Below the pieces are notes generated by a model that saw nothing but the letters and a program-made list of their open reading frames with translations, had not been told where the DNA came from and searched no databases. From assembly GCA_032718475.1 (NCBI GenBank), contig JAUCBJ010002651.1:1-35545 (forward strand): DNA of 35,545 bases, written 5' to 3'. This DNA comes from Nemertoderma westbladi. Its lineage: Eukaryota; Animalia; Xenacoelomorpha. The translations under genes and the position numbers were made by a program. Numbering within the stretch: the first letter of the stretch is position 1; each line of letters starts with the position of its first letter. Below are positions 12,497 through 24,618 of the stretch, in pieces.

Positions 12497-15400
12497 CTCG
12501 TTCCTAATAGTTCCTTATCCATCCAGCTCGTTCCTAATACCTACCTATTCTTTACTAATAGTTCCTGAACGTACCATCTTTTCCTAGTTCCTGAACGTAC
12601 CAACTCTTTTCTTATAGTTCCTGAACATACCAACTCGTTCCTAATAGTTCCCGAACCTACCAGCTCTTTCCTAAATCTACCAACTCTTTACTAATAGTTC
12701 CTGAACCAACCAACTCTTTCCTAATAGAAATAGTTTCTGAACATACTCAACTCTTTCCCAATAGTTCCTGAAGCTACCAACTCTTTACTAATAGTTCCTG
12801 AACCTACCAACTCTTTCCTAATAGTTCCTGAACCTATCAACTCTTTCCTAATAGTTCCTGAACCAACCAACTCCTTTCCTAATGTAAATAGTTCCTGAAC
12901 CTACTCAACTCTTTCCTAATAGTTCCTGAACTTATCAACTCTTTCCTAATATTTCCAGAACCGACCAACTCTTTCCTAATAGTTCCTGAACCTACCAACT
13001 CTTTCCTAATAGTTCCTGAACCTACCAACTCTTTCCTAATAGTTCCCGAACCTACCAACTCTTTCCTAATAGTTCATTATCCATCCAGCTCGTTCCTAAT
13101 ACCTACCTATTCATTCCTAATAGTTCCTGAACCAACCAACTCCTTTCCTAATATAAATAGTTCCTGAACCTACTCAACTCTTTCCTAATAGTTCCTGAAC
13201 TTATCAACTCTTTCCTAATATTTCCAGAACCGACCAACTCTTTCCTAATAGTTCCTGAACCTACCAACTCTTTCCTAATAGTTCCCGAACCTACCAACTC
13301 TTTCCTAATAGTTCCTGAACCTACCAACTCTTTCCTAATAGTTCCTGAACCTACCAACTCTTTACTAATAGTTCATTATCCATCCAGCTCGTTCCTAATA
13401 CCTACCTATTCATTCCTAATAGTTCCTGAACCAACCAACTCCTTTCCTAATATAAATAGTTCCTGAACCTACTCAACTCTTTCCTAATAGTTCCTGAACT
13501 TATCAACTCTTTCCTAATATTTCCAGAACCGACCAACTCTTTCCTAATAGTTCCTGAACCTACCAACTCTTTCCTAATAGTTCCTGAACCTACCAACTCT
13601 TTCCTAATAGTTCCCGAACCTACCAACTCTTTCCTAATAGTTCCCGAACCTACCAACTCTTTCCTAATAGTTCCTGAACCTACCAACTCTTTCCTAATAG
13701 TTCCTGAACCTACCAACTCTTTCCTAATAGTTCCTGAACCTACCAACTCTTTCCTAATAGTTCATTATCCATCCAGCTCGTTCCTAATACCTACCTATTC
13801 ATTCCTAATAGTTCCCGAACCTACCAGCTCTTTCCTAAACCTACCAACTCTTTCCTAATAGTTCCCGAACCTACCAACTCTTTCCTAATAGTTCCTGAAC
13901 CTACCAACTCTTTCCTAATAGTTCCTGAACCTACCAACTCTTTCCTAATAGTTCATTATCCATCCAGCTCGTTCCTAATACCTACCTATTCATTCCTAAT
14001 AGTTCCCGAACCTACCAGCTCTTTCCTAAATCTACCAACTCTTTACTAATAGTTCCTGAACCTACCAACTCTTTCCTAATAGTTCATTATCCATCCAGCT
14101 CGTTCCTAACACCTACCTATTACTTCCTAATAGTTCCTGAACCTACCAGCTCTTTCCTAATAGTTCATTATCGATCCAGCCCGTTCCCAATACCTACCTA
14201 TTCTTTCGTAATAGTTCCCAAACCGACCAGCTCTTTCCTAAATCTACCAACTCTTTACTAATAGTTCCTGAACCTACCAACTCTTTCCTAATAGTTCCTG
14301 AACCTACCAACTCTTTCCTAATAGTTCCTGAACCTACCAACTATTTCCTAATAGTTCCTGAACCTACCAACTCTTTCCTAATAGTTCATTATCCATCCAG
14401 CTCGTTCCTAACACCTACCTATTCTTTCCTAATAGTTCCTGAACCTACCAGCTCTTTCCTAATAGTTCATTATCCATCCAGCCCGTTCCTAATACCTACC
14501 TATTATTTCCTAAAAGTTCCCGAACCTACCAGCTCTTTCCTAAATCTACCAACTCATTACTAATAGTTCCTGAACTCTTTCCTAATAGTTCCCGAACCTA
14601 CCAACTCTTTCCTAATAGTTCATTATCCATCCAGCGCGTTCCTAATACCTACCTATTCTTTCCTAATAGTTCCCGAACCTACCAGCTCTTTCCTAAATCT
14701 ACCAACTCTTTACTAATAGTTCCTGAACCTACCAACTCTTTCCTAATAGTTCCTGAACCTACCAACTCTTTCCTAATAGTTCCTGAACCTACCAACTCTT
14801 TCCTAATAGTTCCTGAACCTACCAACTCTTTCCTAATAGTTCCTGAACCTACCAACTCTTTCCTAATAGTTCATTATCCATCCAGCCCGTTCCTAATACC
14901 TACCTATTCTTTCCTAATAGTTCCCGAACCTACCAGCTCTTTCCTAAATCTACCAACTCTTTACTAATAGTTCCTGAACCTACCAACTCTTTCCTAATAG
15001 TTCCCGAACCTACCAACTCTTTCCTAATAGTTCATTATCCATCCAGCCCGTTCCTAATACCTACCTATTCTTTCCTAATAGTTCCTGAACCTACCAGCTC
15101 TTTCCTAAATCTACCAACTCTTTACTAATAGTTCCTGAACCTACCAACTCTTTCCTAATAGTTCCTGAACCTACCAATTCTTTCCTAATAGTTCCTGAAC
15201 TTATCAACTCTTTCCTAATATTTCCAGAACCGACTCTTTCCTAATAGTTCTTGAACCTACCAACTCTTTCCTAATAGTTCCTGAACCTACCAACTCTTTC
15301 CTAATAGTTACTGAACCTACCAACTCATTCCTAATAGTTCCTGAACCTACCAACTCTTTACTAATAGTTCCTGAACCTACCAACTCTTTACTAATAGTTC

Positions 15401-15519
15401 CTGAACCTACCAACTCTTTCCTAATAGTTCCTGAACTTATCAACTCTTTCCTAATATTTCCAGAACCTACCAACTCTTTCCTAATAGTTCCTGAACAGAC
15501 CAACTCTTTCCAAATAGTT
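12497..15519. repeat. 30-bp minisatellite with higher-order structure (about 3 kb), intron 4
   Basis: Unit CTACCAACTCTTTCCTAATAGTTCCTGAAC, interspersed with recurring variant blocks (TTCATTATCCATCCAGCTCGTTCCTAATACCTACCTATTC). Confidence 0.96.
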
Positions 15520-16294
15520 TGTGATGTGTTATTAATATAATAAAACTGGTCGAATTCGCGGTTCTTTCTCTTTCTCTCTCTTTCTCTCTAGGGCCTATAT
15601 ATATATAAAAAATGAAATGTCTATCTGGGTGTATATTGGTGTGTGTTGTAGTCTACTGTAGTGCGGACGATATATTCATATTGTCAGCTTGTGAAAATGG
15701 CAGAGGGGGGGGGGGGGGGGGGGGGATTTAGCCAATCTCTGGAGGGTTTGCAACCGTAGCCTCCTGCGCTCCTGGCTGTATTATTGAGGTTTGGGCATTG
15801 AAGACACGGTAAACTTCAAAGAATTCCCTCCCAGTACTAGGTAGCTAGTAGTTCACAAAGATAATTGGTTTGGCTTGCATATTGCATAGACCTGCATGGT
15901 TGATGCTTTACCATTACATAGGTTGTTAGTGGTCTTTCAGTTCAGGTAAAGCAAGGCCATACATACTGTTCCTACAATGTGTAGCCAGCCCATAAAGCCA
16001 TACTGCTGAGTGATGATCTATTACACCAAGGTGGTACCCTCCTCCCGCCTACATGGAAGGCGCCCTTGGGAAGGTTTACAGCAATTTTATATTGGGGATG
16101 ATGGTATGGAGATGGAAGTTGAGGTTAATGAATGTGGATTCCCCTTGGGGGTTATTGAGTGATGACGGCCCTTGTATGTTTTATCGTAACTATCAATAAT
16201 ATATCTAAAAAAATGTATTTTTATAAATTTTACTCTTTTTATTTTCTTTGTCAAAAAATCTATGGTGCGCGGCGCCACGCGCCCCTATTAACCC

Positions 16295-16797
16295 AAACTC
16301 GCTCCCTAGACCCCGGACCCACTCCCAGCACCCTTAACCCGCTCCCTAGACCCCGGACCCACTCCCAGCACCCTAAACCTGCTCCCTAGACCCCGGACCC
16401 CTCCCAGCACCCTTAACCCGCTCCCTAGACCCCGGACCCCTCCCAGCACCCTTAACCCGCTCCCTAGACCCCGGACCCCTCCCAGCACCCTTAACCCGCT
16501 CCCTAGACCCCGGAACCCCTCCCAGCACCCTTAACCCGCTCCCTAGACCCCGGACCCCTCCCAGCACCCTTAACCCGCTCCCTAGACCCCGGACCCACTC
16601 ATAACACCCTAAACCCACTCCCTAGACCACAGACCCCTGATACCACCCTAAACCAGCTCCCAAGACCCCGGACCCCCTCCCAGCAACCTAAACCCGCTCC
16701 CTAGACCCCGGACCCCCTCCTACCACCCTAAACCCACACCCTCGACCCCCTCCTGGCAACCCAAACCCGTTCCCTCCCTTGACCACCGACGGACCCA
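16295..16797. repeat. 39-bp C-rich minisatellite, array 2 (same family and orientation as 9770-10682)
   Basis: Same unit; copies degrade toward the exon 4 donor at 16806. Confidence 0.95.
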
Positions 16798-16806
16798 ACT
16801 ATTAAC

Positions 16807-16914
16807 CTTAGCAATCCGAACTCCGTCCACTTTCTTCTCCTTCTGCGCCACCCCCAACGCGTATCTCGCCCCGTCGTAATCTACCAATTTGCGACCGCGT
16901 TTGTCCATCTTTTT
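16807..16914 (-). CDS. AMPH: Amphiphysin exon 4 (KKMDKRGRKLVDYDGARYALGVAQKEKKVDGVRIAK; BAR)
   Basis: ttttag|AAA acceptor and AAG|gttaat donor; 108 nt, phase 0/0. KRGRKLVDYD is the conserved BAR tip motif. Confidence 0.94.
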
Positions 16915-17372
16915 CTAAAAAGAAATCGTAAGATCATAAGATAATCATAAGATTGTACCGGTAATATAATCCCAGTTATGTCGCTGGCTATCTAAACATA
17001 ATTCATTGAGTTTATAAAATGTTCTAGACTAAGGAAATAAATTAACTAATTACTTTTTTATTAATTACTAAATAGACTAATTAAAACAAATGAATATTTT
17101 TCATTCATAAATAATAGTTATATTAATACAAGCGCAAAAACGGTGCACTGGTGCTAGTTTGTGGTGCTGCTTCACTATACACTGTTTAGTTAGGCTACTC
17201 TGTTCATTAATACACACACGGACACGCCTCTCTTCGATTTAAATACTCTATTGTCAGCTTGACCTCCTGAGAACGCCTTCCGCATACCCCCTAGGGAGGC
17301 GAACCTGATGTCTGCCGTCAACTGATTACTAACTAAGACTTGGTCACCGAGGTAACAATAATATGGACAAAC

Positions 17373-17563
17373 CTTTACATCAGGGAACGTTGAATTGAAC
17401 GAGGACAGTATGCTGTACACGTTGTTAACGAGTTTGTCGGAGAAATCCTTCGAGAGTAAATCTAAGTGATCGAATTTAGTGGCTAAAGTTTCAGAGCCGT
17501 ACCAGTCGGGTTCGTGGTGTTCCTTTAGTGCCTGGTGGAGGCTGGTGGTAGAGTCGCGCATTG
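17373..17563 (-). CDS. AMPH: Amphiphysin exon 3 (AMRDSTTSLHQALKEHHEPDWYG...FNSTFPDVK; BAR)
   Basis: catag|CA acceptor and AAG|gtttgt donor; 191 nt, phase 1/0. EPDWxG and FPDxK motifs are typical of the amphiphysin BAR domain. Confidence 0.93.
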
Positions 17564-18871
17564 CTATGGAAACAATACAAATAATGAGTACCGGTAGTCG
17601 GGGTTGGGGAGTAAAAGTGTTGCAATATTATAGTGCGGTCAATTAATACTTCTGTAGGAAGACATGGATGTGTGAGTTGTTGTTCAGATAAAAGTATAAC
17701 TGTTGGTATGTTGCTATATTCGCCCCAGATTTTAGGGGCATATCGACTTGGGGCGAATCGACTTTACCGATTCGCCCCACCATTAAGAGAATTCGCACAG
17801 CATGACTTTATTCGAAGTTTTACTAATAACGAACCTGCCTATTAATAGGCCAGGGTAGTTTTTGTCAAGAGTTGAGCCGTTCAAAAACACGATGTGGTTA
17901 TGTGTGTATATATATATGTATAACCATCCAATATCTCAAAAACTCAATCAGGTATATATACGCAAAAATTTTAATAACAAACTCTACATAAATTTTGGTT
18001 GCGCACAAGACTGGATATTTTTTGTGGCGTTTCGATCACGGGATCACTGAAAAATAGCGGTTTTGAAAATTTACTGTCGAATTTCACCGATTTCAACTCG
18101 AGTATGCACCAACTTTTTTATTTGGGCTAGGCCTATTCAGTCATTTGAGCAACATATTTGTGCCTCAGAATCTTTTCAAATATCGCCAATCTCGCACAGA
18201 ACGTCGCCAAAATTTGTTAGTCCGGCAAAAAAAACGCACAAATTCGTCTAAAAGAGTAAATTATTTGGTTGAAGAATAATATAATTCAACTAGAAAAGCC
18301 AGCCAGCTAGCTGTAAGGAGACGGTCCATATAGACAAACATAGTGTAGTTGGATCCCTCATCATTCATTATCATCAACCTATAAACCATTTAAACGGTCC
18401 AGTGCTTACAATTCAATTACCCGGCCTCCCATCTAACATAGCAGTGACTGAGTGAGTAACCTTATAGATTATTGTTCATAGGATTCACTGGGAGGAGCTA
18501 TTCAGCTGGGGGGTAATACATTATAGAAACTTACAGTTGATGTTTGATTACTGTCTGGGTGAGAGTGAGAGAGTAATAAATTTGGCAAGTAATATACAAT
18601 TCTCTGCAGTTTGGGCTATCCATTCAATAAATAGTAGTAGCTTACTAGGCCCACATGAGTACCAGCAGCTGGTGTTTCTATCGTTGAGTTGATGGCAATT
18701 ATCGCGTGCTTTAATTTTCGCTCACTCAGGGTACTGGTTTGAGGGGCAGGTCCGATTAAAGCCAGCTTGCTAGCTTTAATCACTTGATCATTCTAGTTCA
18801 AAGAATATCTAAATAAACGTTGTTCTGTGACATTGGTCTGTCTAGTACAGTAGTATTTTGCAAAGTCGGCA

Positions 18872-18946
18872 ATGACGTCCAGGTGGGATCGAACTGGAGA
18901 CCTCCGGGTTGGAAGTCTGACGCTCTAACCTTTCAGCTAGCGGCTC
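18872..18946 (-). mobile_element. tRNA-derived SINE head or tRNA pseudogene
   Basis: Minus strand GCCGCTAGCTGAAAGGTTAGAGCGTCAGACTTCCAACCCGGAGGTCTCCAGTTCGATCCC: A box and B box at tRNA spacing, but acceptor, anticodon and T stems pair poorly. Confidence 0.6.
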
Positions 18947-19589
18947 GGGTAAAAGATAGACCTGGAAATACTATCTGATACCTTGTATGTCCGGAATTTA
19001 CCTCATCATGGCCTTCCATCAGTCAATACCATCATATGCTGCCACTGTGCTCAACCCTACCGTACTTGGCCGTCTTCATAAAAACATGTATATAACCAGC
19101 CTGCGTATCAAACTCAACACAGTTTATTTGTACCGTCAACCAACACAAACACGATTGAATCATATAGGCCTAAATCCTCTGATCCTCAACCGGATTTTCC
19201 GAGCTATCTAATAACACTTTACTAGAGTATTAGTCGAAATATTAAATAAATTAATATGGGACGAATCGACTTGGAAGGTGGGGCAAATCGACTCGCACCC
19301 ATCCCATTCCATTCGTCTCGGCGAATTAAAAATATTAATTATCAATTATTAAAGAAAAGGAGCTGGTACAGTGGCTGGTTATTCTAACCAAAACAATATG
19401 ATATTCAGGAGGTCAAATTAAAGCTTTATTATTGATCAGAAGTGATGATGTAGATTTTTACACTGGGGAGGTTCAAATTTCATTTCATCGAGAGACCAAA
19501 CCTATCTGGTACCGGTAAAATACCAGTGACAGTCTGTCACTACGCATTTACAGATACATAACTGTAAAGTGAAGTATTAATATACGAAC

Positions 19590-19725
19590 CTTTGAAGTGA
19601 TGAAAATATTGTTTGAATTCCCGCTGTAACCGCAAGGAGGCCGCTGTTTGAGTCTGGAAGTTAACAGACAGCTCATCGTATAACTCGTCTCTAGTTTCTT
19701 CTGCTTTGCCAAGCTTTTGTAGAAC
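19590..19725 (-). CDS. AMPH: Amphiphysin exon 2 (VLQKLGKAEETRDELYDELSVNFQTQTAASLRLQREFKQYFHHFK; BAR)
   Basis: ttag|GTT acceptor and AAAG|gttcgt donor; 136 nt, phase 0/1. VLQKLGKAxETxDE is the amphiphysin/BIN signature. Confidence 0.93.
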
Positions 19726-20063
19726 CTAATCAATAAAATCAGTAATTACATAATTACGAATGTTTAGATATAGATAAGTAGGTCTGGATGGGATTAAGAT
19801 AGGATGGGAAGAGAGGATGGGATGGGATTAAAACATAAGGACAATTAAACACAAAATAATCCAAAACGTCTTATCCAAAACTCCAGGCCCAGTACCATCA
19901 GCCATCCCCCTTTGCAGAGCTTCGACTACTGGACTACTGCACTACTACTCACTGCTGGACTGTGGCATCACTGCGTCCCATAAATCAGAAACTCAAAGTG
20001 ACAAAGGATATGCCTAGATAGACTACCTCCTCTCCTACAGCTCCTATACCAAAACTAACTTAC

Positions 20064-20153
20064 CTTTTCCTTCGCCCGAGATGCTTGTTTACGAACAGAA
20101 AATTGTAGTTTATTTCCAATACTTTTTTTACTCTCTCGTTCAGGAGTAGCCAT
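20064..20153 (-). CDS. AMPH: Amphiphysin/BIN1-family gene, coding exon 1 (MATPERESKKSIGNKLQFSVRKQASRAKEK; N-BAR amphipathic helix)
   Basis: ATG at 20153 in an AAAATGG context; 90 nt; ends AAG|GTAAGT. The ..RKQASRAKEK + VLQKLGK junction matches the amphiphysin N-terminus. Likely a co-ortholog of vertebrate AMPH/BIN1. Confidence 0.9.
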
Positions 20154-20633
20154 TTTGTTAATGAATGAAATGGTACATCAGCTACAGCTACGGTATCGGT
20201 ATAGGTTGCACATGCGGACATGTAAGCAGCAAGCGTACGCAGGTACGGTACGGTCAGACGGTACACACACAGTTATAATACCTGACTACTGAGGATGACA
20301 TGAGACACATAGTAAATGCAGTAGGCCTACTATTGTGATTGGCAATTACCGGTCCAGCCTTGCAATTATATACTTATATTTATATTAGGCCTACATTATA
20401 TAATATATTAATATTGGTGAAGGAAAAACAAAGATATTTTGATCGCCGACTGCAGCCTCAGTTGATATTACCCCGACAATCGGTAAAGCGTGTGGGAAGA
20501 CTGAATCAAACCTGAAAGCAGGCAACTGCGCGGAATGTGTGATGCAGCTTATGAAGTTGAGTCCACGTAATCCTAAAGCCTCGCAGCCGGTAAATAAACC
20601 GCGACTTTCGTCTTCCAACGGCAGAACGGCATC

Positions 20634-21290
20634 ATGGATGGCCCCAATCGAAACCGAACCCTACAGGTTATTGTCTCAGAGAAATCTGGACCGAGGGCCA
20701 GCTTGATTGGGTCTTCCAAATCCTCTAATTTGAAGAATGTAGATCATCCGCTGCCTTCCATTCCTACTGATGGGGTTGTTGTTGCGGTGCTAGAATCTAG
20801 TAGTTGTGTGTGCTGCGATATTTGCAAACAGGTCGGGTGCATGCAAAGTGTATCAAACTGTCACAGAGTGACGTTGCAGTCCTACCGTATCTAAATGTGA
20901 TAATGTTAAGATAGTCTGCAATGTGCAATGTACCGGTATGTAATCCACAGTGGAAGGTCAGTCGTCTGAAGAATCCAGTTGCGCTTTCGGAGAGTGGTCT
21001 GTCAGCAAGTTTTTCCAACGAGTTTGCTTCTAAAGTATTACAAGATATAGAAATACTTAAAGAGAACTCAAAGTCAATTCTCGAAAAGGTATCCACAGAT
21101 CCATGCCAGTCGATGGCACTGATGACGTTAGCCAATCACAAGGTCTGTGGTTGCCTTGCAGCCTTGCCAGCGGAAAAGCGTGGGTCGAATGCGAAGGAGG
21201 GTCTACGAATCAACCAGCGTGTTTCTGAGCTTGAACAAAGGAATGCTCGTGACTCGTGAGCGTAACCTGGTTGTTTTTCACGGTCTGACG
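20634..21290 (+). mobile_element. Degenerate ORF1 of a CR1/L2-type LINE (PHD finger + coiled coil)
   Basis: Across frameshifts: CVCCDICK..VHAKCIKLSQ....VKIVCNVC (PHD-like), then ELEQRNARD/RERNLVVFHGL (RxxNLxxxGL motif of LINE ORF1). Confidence 0.65.
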
Positions 21291-22129
21291 GTATTCCTGT
21301 TCATAACTCAAAGAACCACAAGCGCACAACTGCACAAGGACTGGCTATACTGCTATACCTGTATTGTATACTGCAGACTGCACTATGCACTACGACTGTA
21401 CGACTACACTCTGACACTACACTCGTACTCGACACTACTAGGCTGCTAGGCCTACACTACACACCCAGACAGCCAGATACCAGTCCAGCACTCCAGCAGT
21501 CTGCCAGTCTAGCTCCACAGCTCAGCAGTCTGCCAGTGCTGCAGTGCCAGTCACCAGGTCACAGTCCAAAGTCCGTCCCGTCTCTGGCTGGACTCCAGAC
21601 TCTGACGTCTGACTCTGTTCTGTGTCTGTCAGTCTGTGAGGGTAGGTATCATAACAATAATTAGGTTATTCCATTTCCCTGTCCCATGTCCCCGTCAATC
21701 ACATTTTGTCACTCTTACAGTCTTACCGGTACCACTTCAAGACTTCAGCACTTTCAACTTCACAGTCTTACCCCAGTACCCACGCACCATGCATGCATGC
21801 CACAAGCTGCCAGGCTGCACATTAGGCCTACCCCTACGCCTACCTGCCTACAGTACAGCCTGACTGCCTGACAGCATTCAGGCATTATGGGTAGACCAGG
21901 ACATACCGAAATAGTGATATGCAGATATGGACGAACTGACAAATAAACGGAGAAAGCACAATCAGACAATAGCCTACTGACTGGATGTTCACTACTGCTA
22001 CAGCCAGACAGCTGTACTGTACTCCTGCTAACAACTGAGCAATACCCAATCTGAATAAAACAAACTGAAAGTACTTCGTTTCATTTCTGATCCGCTTTTT
22101 CCTGGCGGTATCCCGCGGTATAGCCATAT

Positions 22130-22760
22130 ATTACATTGGGGTTGATTATGTTCTACGCACGTCCTTAGACCAGCACCTTAATAAAGATGGGGTGATGATG
22201 GTAACACCCGCTACTGGCACAATAAGTAGAGGGAATCCAACAAAGTACCTTACTGATATATAGTTTGTTGATGACTTAGGGGTTACTGTCAGAATCACTA
22301 GAGTGCCCAACGGCTCAGGTGCAGGTTGCTTAGTGTTTTGTAAACTCCAAGAAGACAGAAATCATGACAGTGAACCTAGAAACCACTCAAGAAATGTCTG
22401 ATCATAAGGGCATAAGCTCTAGGGACGGCTTGCTAGAGCACGTAGAGCTTGAGCCTCTGCTACATGTACTTGGGATCATGGATCCGCCGAAAGTCAGGTG
22501 AAGACATTCGGATACGTAAGGGGAAGGCATGGTCCGCGTTAAATTATCTGTCCAGTATTTGGAAGTCCCATAGAAGAAAATGGAACCTTATTACAGTATT
22601 AGACATGGAGTGAATAAGCATTGTGGACAGCCCATGAATTTCTTGAGACGCATCTTAAAGGATACTGGCCTTGAAGATGCGGATGATCTAGCAAATGTTA
22701 TGGGTGATAGGGAGTTGTGGCGGCGCAATTTTGTCGACAAGCCGGCACAGCATTCTTAAT
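22130..22760 (+). mobile_element. RTE-like LINE remnant, internally deleted (RT core fragment + 3' end)
   Basis: VDYVLRTSL...YLTDI*FVDDL (RT catalytic motif), NSKKTEIM, YLGSWI, IRIRKGKAWSAL...IWKS, then LKDTGLEDADDL..MGDRELWR; stops and frameshifts present. Confidence 0.8.
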
Positions 22761-23390
22761 ATATATGTAATATATATATATAATGCAGCTGCAATGCAGC
22801 ATGCCGATCGTAGTAGTAGTAGTACACACACACAGGCTACACCAATGCAACGATGTTTTATTTAACATTTGGTTATTTTTTGTTTTATTGCCAATAAACG
22901 ATTTATGTGATCAAAGGTATATTTTTCCGTTTATTACAAAGAATGAATGTTCGCAATCGCAACCTTATTTTATTGCATGTTAATTGTAATCCCACACATG
23001 TATAGACTATTTATTGCACTATTCTGCAATATACTATTTTCCAGTGTTGGTTCAGCCGTTTTCAAATTATTTCAAATAATATAAAAAAGCCTATGTGGGG
23101 GAGACTTGAATCCTTCAATGCTGACTATTATACCTAAATATATATCCACATAGAGAACCATTATACAACAGGGAATTCCAATTGGGTTGATTGACACTTA
23201 CACAAACTAAGTATCAACGGCCGTTGAAGCTATCAAGGAAATGTGAATACAATGGAGGAGGTAGCTTGCATTATTATAGCCTTTACTTTAACATTATCTT
23301 CCCTGTCTGGTCCATGCAATAACGAGTAACTCTTATCTCTTTAGAATTCAACCCAAGCAAACAAACCCTTCCTTCCCTCTTTGCAACTGT

Positions 23391-23630
23391 GGTTATTACC
23401 GGCCGTTAACGTAAATCGGCAAACAGTTTACGGACAGGTTTTAAGGACAGGTTTGCGGACCGGTTTGCGGACCGGTTTGCGGACAGGTTTGCAGACAGGT
23501 TTACGGACAGGTTTGTGGACAGGTTTTACGGGCACGTTTGCTGACTGACAGGTTTGCGGAGAAGTTTTAGGACAGGTTTGCTGACAGGTTCACGGAGGGA
23601 GACGTTTGCGGACAGGTTTTACCGACAGAT
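23391..23630 (-). repeat. Short degenerate copy of the 12-bp satellite element, inverted relative to 26985-28842
   Basis: (A/G)CGGACAGGTTT units are the reverse complement of AAACCTGTCCGT. Preceded by GGTTATTACCGGCCGTTAACGTAAATC, resembling that element's terminal repeat. Confidence 0.8.
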
Positions 23631-23865
23631 TTAGATATGGTCATTGTTTTGAATTCGTGTTACCATAGCAACCGGTTGTCATTTCAATAACGAATGCACC
23701 TACGGTCAGGGGAACAACACTGACCGGCTTTCCAATGGTCAGTATAATGAAAAATTTAGTCATTAGCTTTTGAAGCCTTTAACCAATTTCAATCAATTTA
23801 TTGCCGCTCCTTGTCAGTTTAAATTGAATTCTCGTGGTATGTTTACTGACATTGTATGCAAAATT

Positions 23866-23940
23866 AATTGTATCGCATTTTATTCGGATTTCTTATTTAG
23901 CGAATTGTATCGCATTTTATTCGGATTTCTTATTTAGCGA
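23866..23940. repeat. Exact 37-bp tandem duplication
   Basis: AATTGTATCGCATTTTATTCGGATTTCTTATTTAGCG twice. Confidence 0.9.
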
Positions 23941-24618
23941 GTAGAAGTAACTGAAGTTTTATTTAGTTTATGTACGTACGTTTATATGTTTTACATTACT
24001 TAGGATTGGACAAGTCACTGTAAAAAAATAAAAAATTTGCTTAATTTTTATTATGGAAAAGAACAAAAGCATCAATACACCATGTTAAGGGCGTTTCCTT
24101 TAAATGTTTGTGGCGAAATTGATCCACTCTGTTTCTACGCGGATATGTAGTCCATGTATGTGTTTGTTTAAGTGCAATATGCTTTTTTAACCCATGTTCT
24201 TGTTTTAATTTATATTCTAATTTGAATAAAATAACTTTAAAGAATTTAGTTATAATAACTTGTATAATTATTATTATTTTAAGCCTGGGGTACCATCGCC
24301 CCTTAACACACAACGCTTTGTGGTAATAAAGAAATATAATTGTCATAATTATTATTGTGCATTCTTTATGTTATTAATCAGCAATAAATCTTGAGATCGA
24401 ATACATTTTTTTCTGTGATTAAAGTCAGAAATAAAAATAATACTAATAGTGTAATAATATAGAAAGTTAGGGCGTGTGAATAACGCACTATACTATAAGG
24501 TTATTTTACTTTCAGGACAAAATATTTAATCCGAAACATTCAGAGACCGTAAAATAAATCAGGCGAAAACTCGTTTTAATACTGTATAATGTGAAACTTA
24601 ACCTTTATATCAGGTTAT

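Noticed and set aside
13148-15503. (VGSGTIRKEL)n ORFs
   Set aside because: Satellite translations with non-ATG starts, interrupted by variant units, and without splice signals.
16085-16160. IGDDGMEMEVEVNE peptide reminiscent of a Merlin/IS1595 transposase motif
   Set aside because: Too short and divergent, with no supporting downstream motifs.
18872-18946. Functional tRNA gene (TCC at the anticodon position)
   Set aside because: Stems do not pair adequately; better explained as a SINE head or pseudogene.
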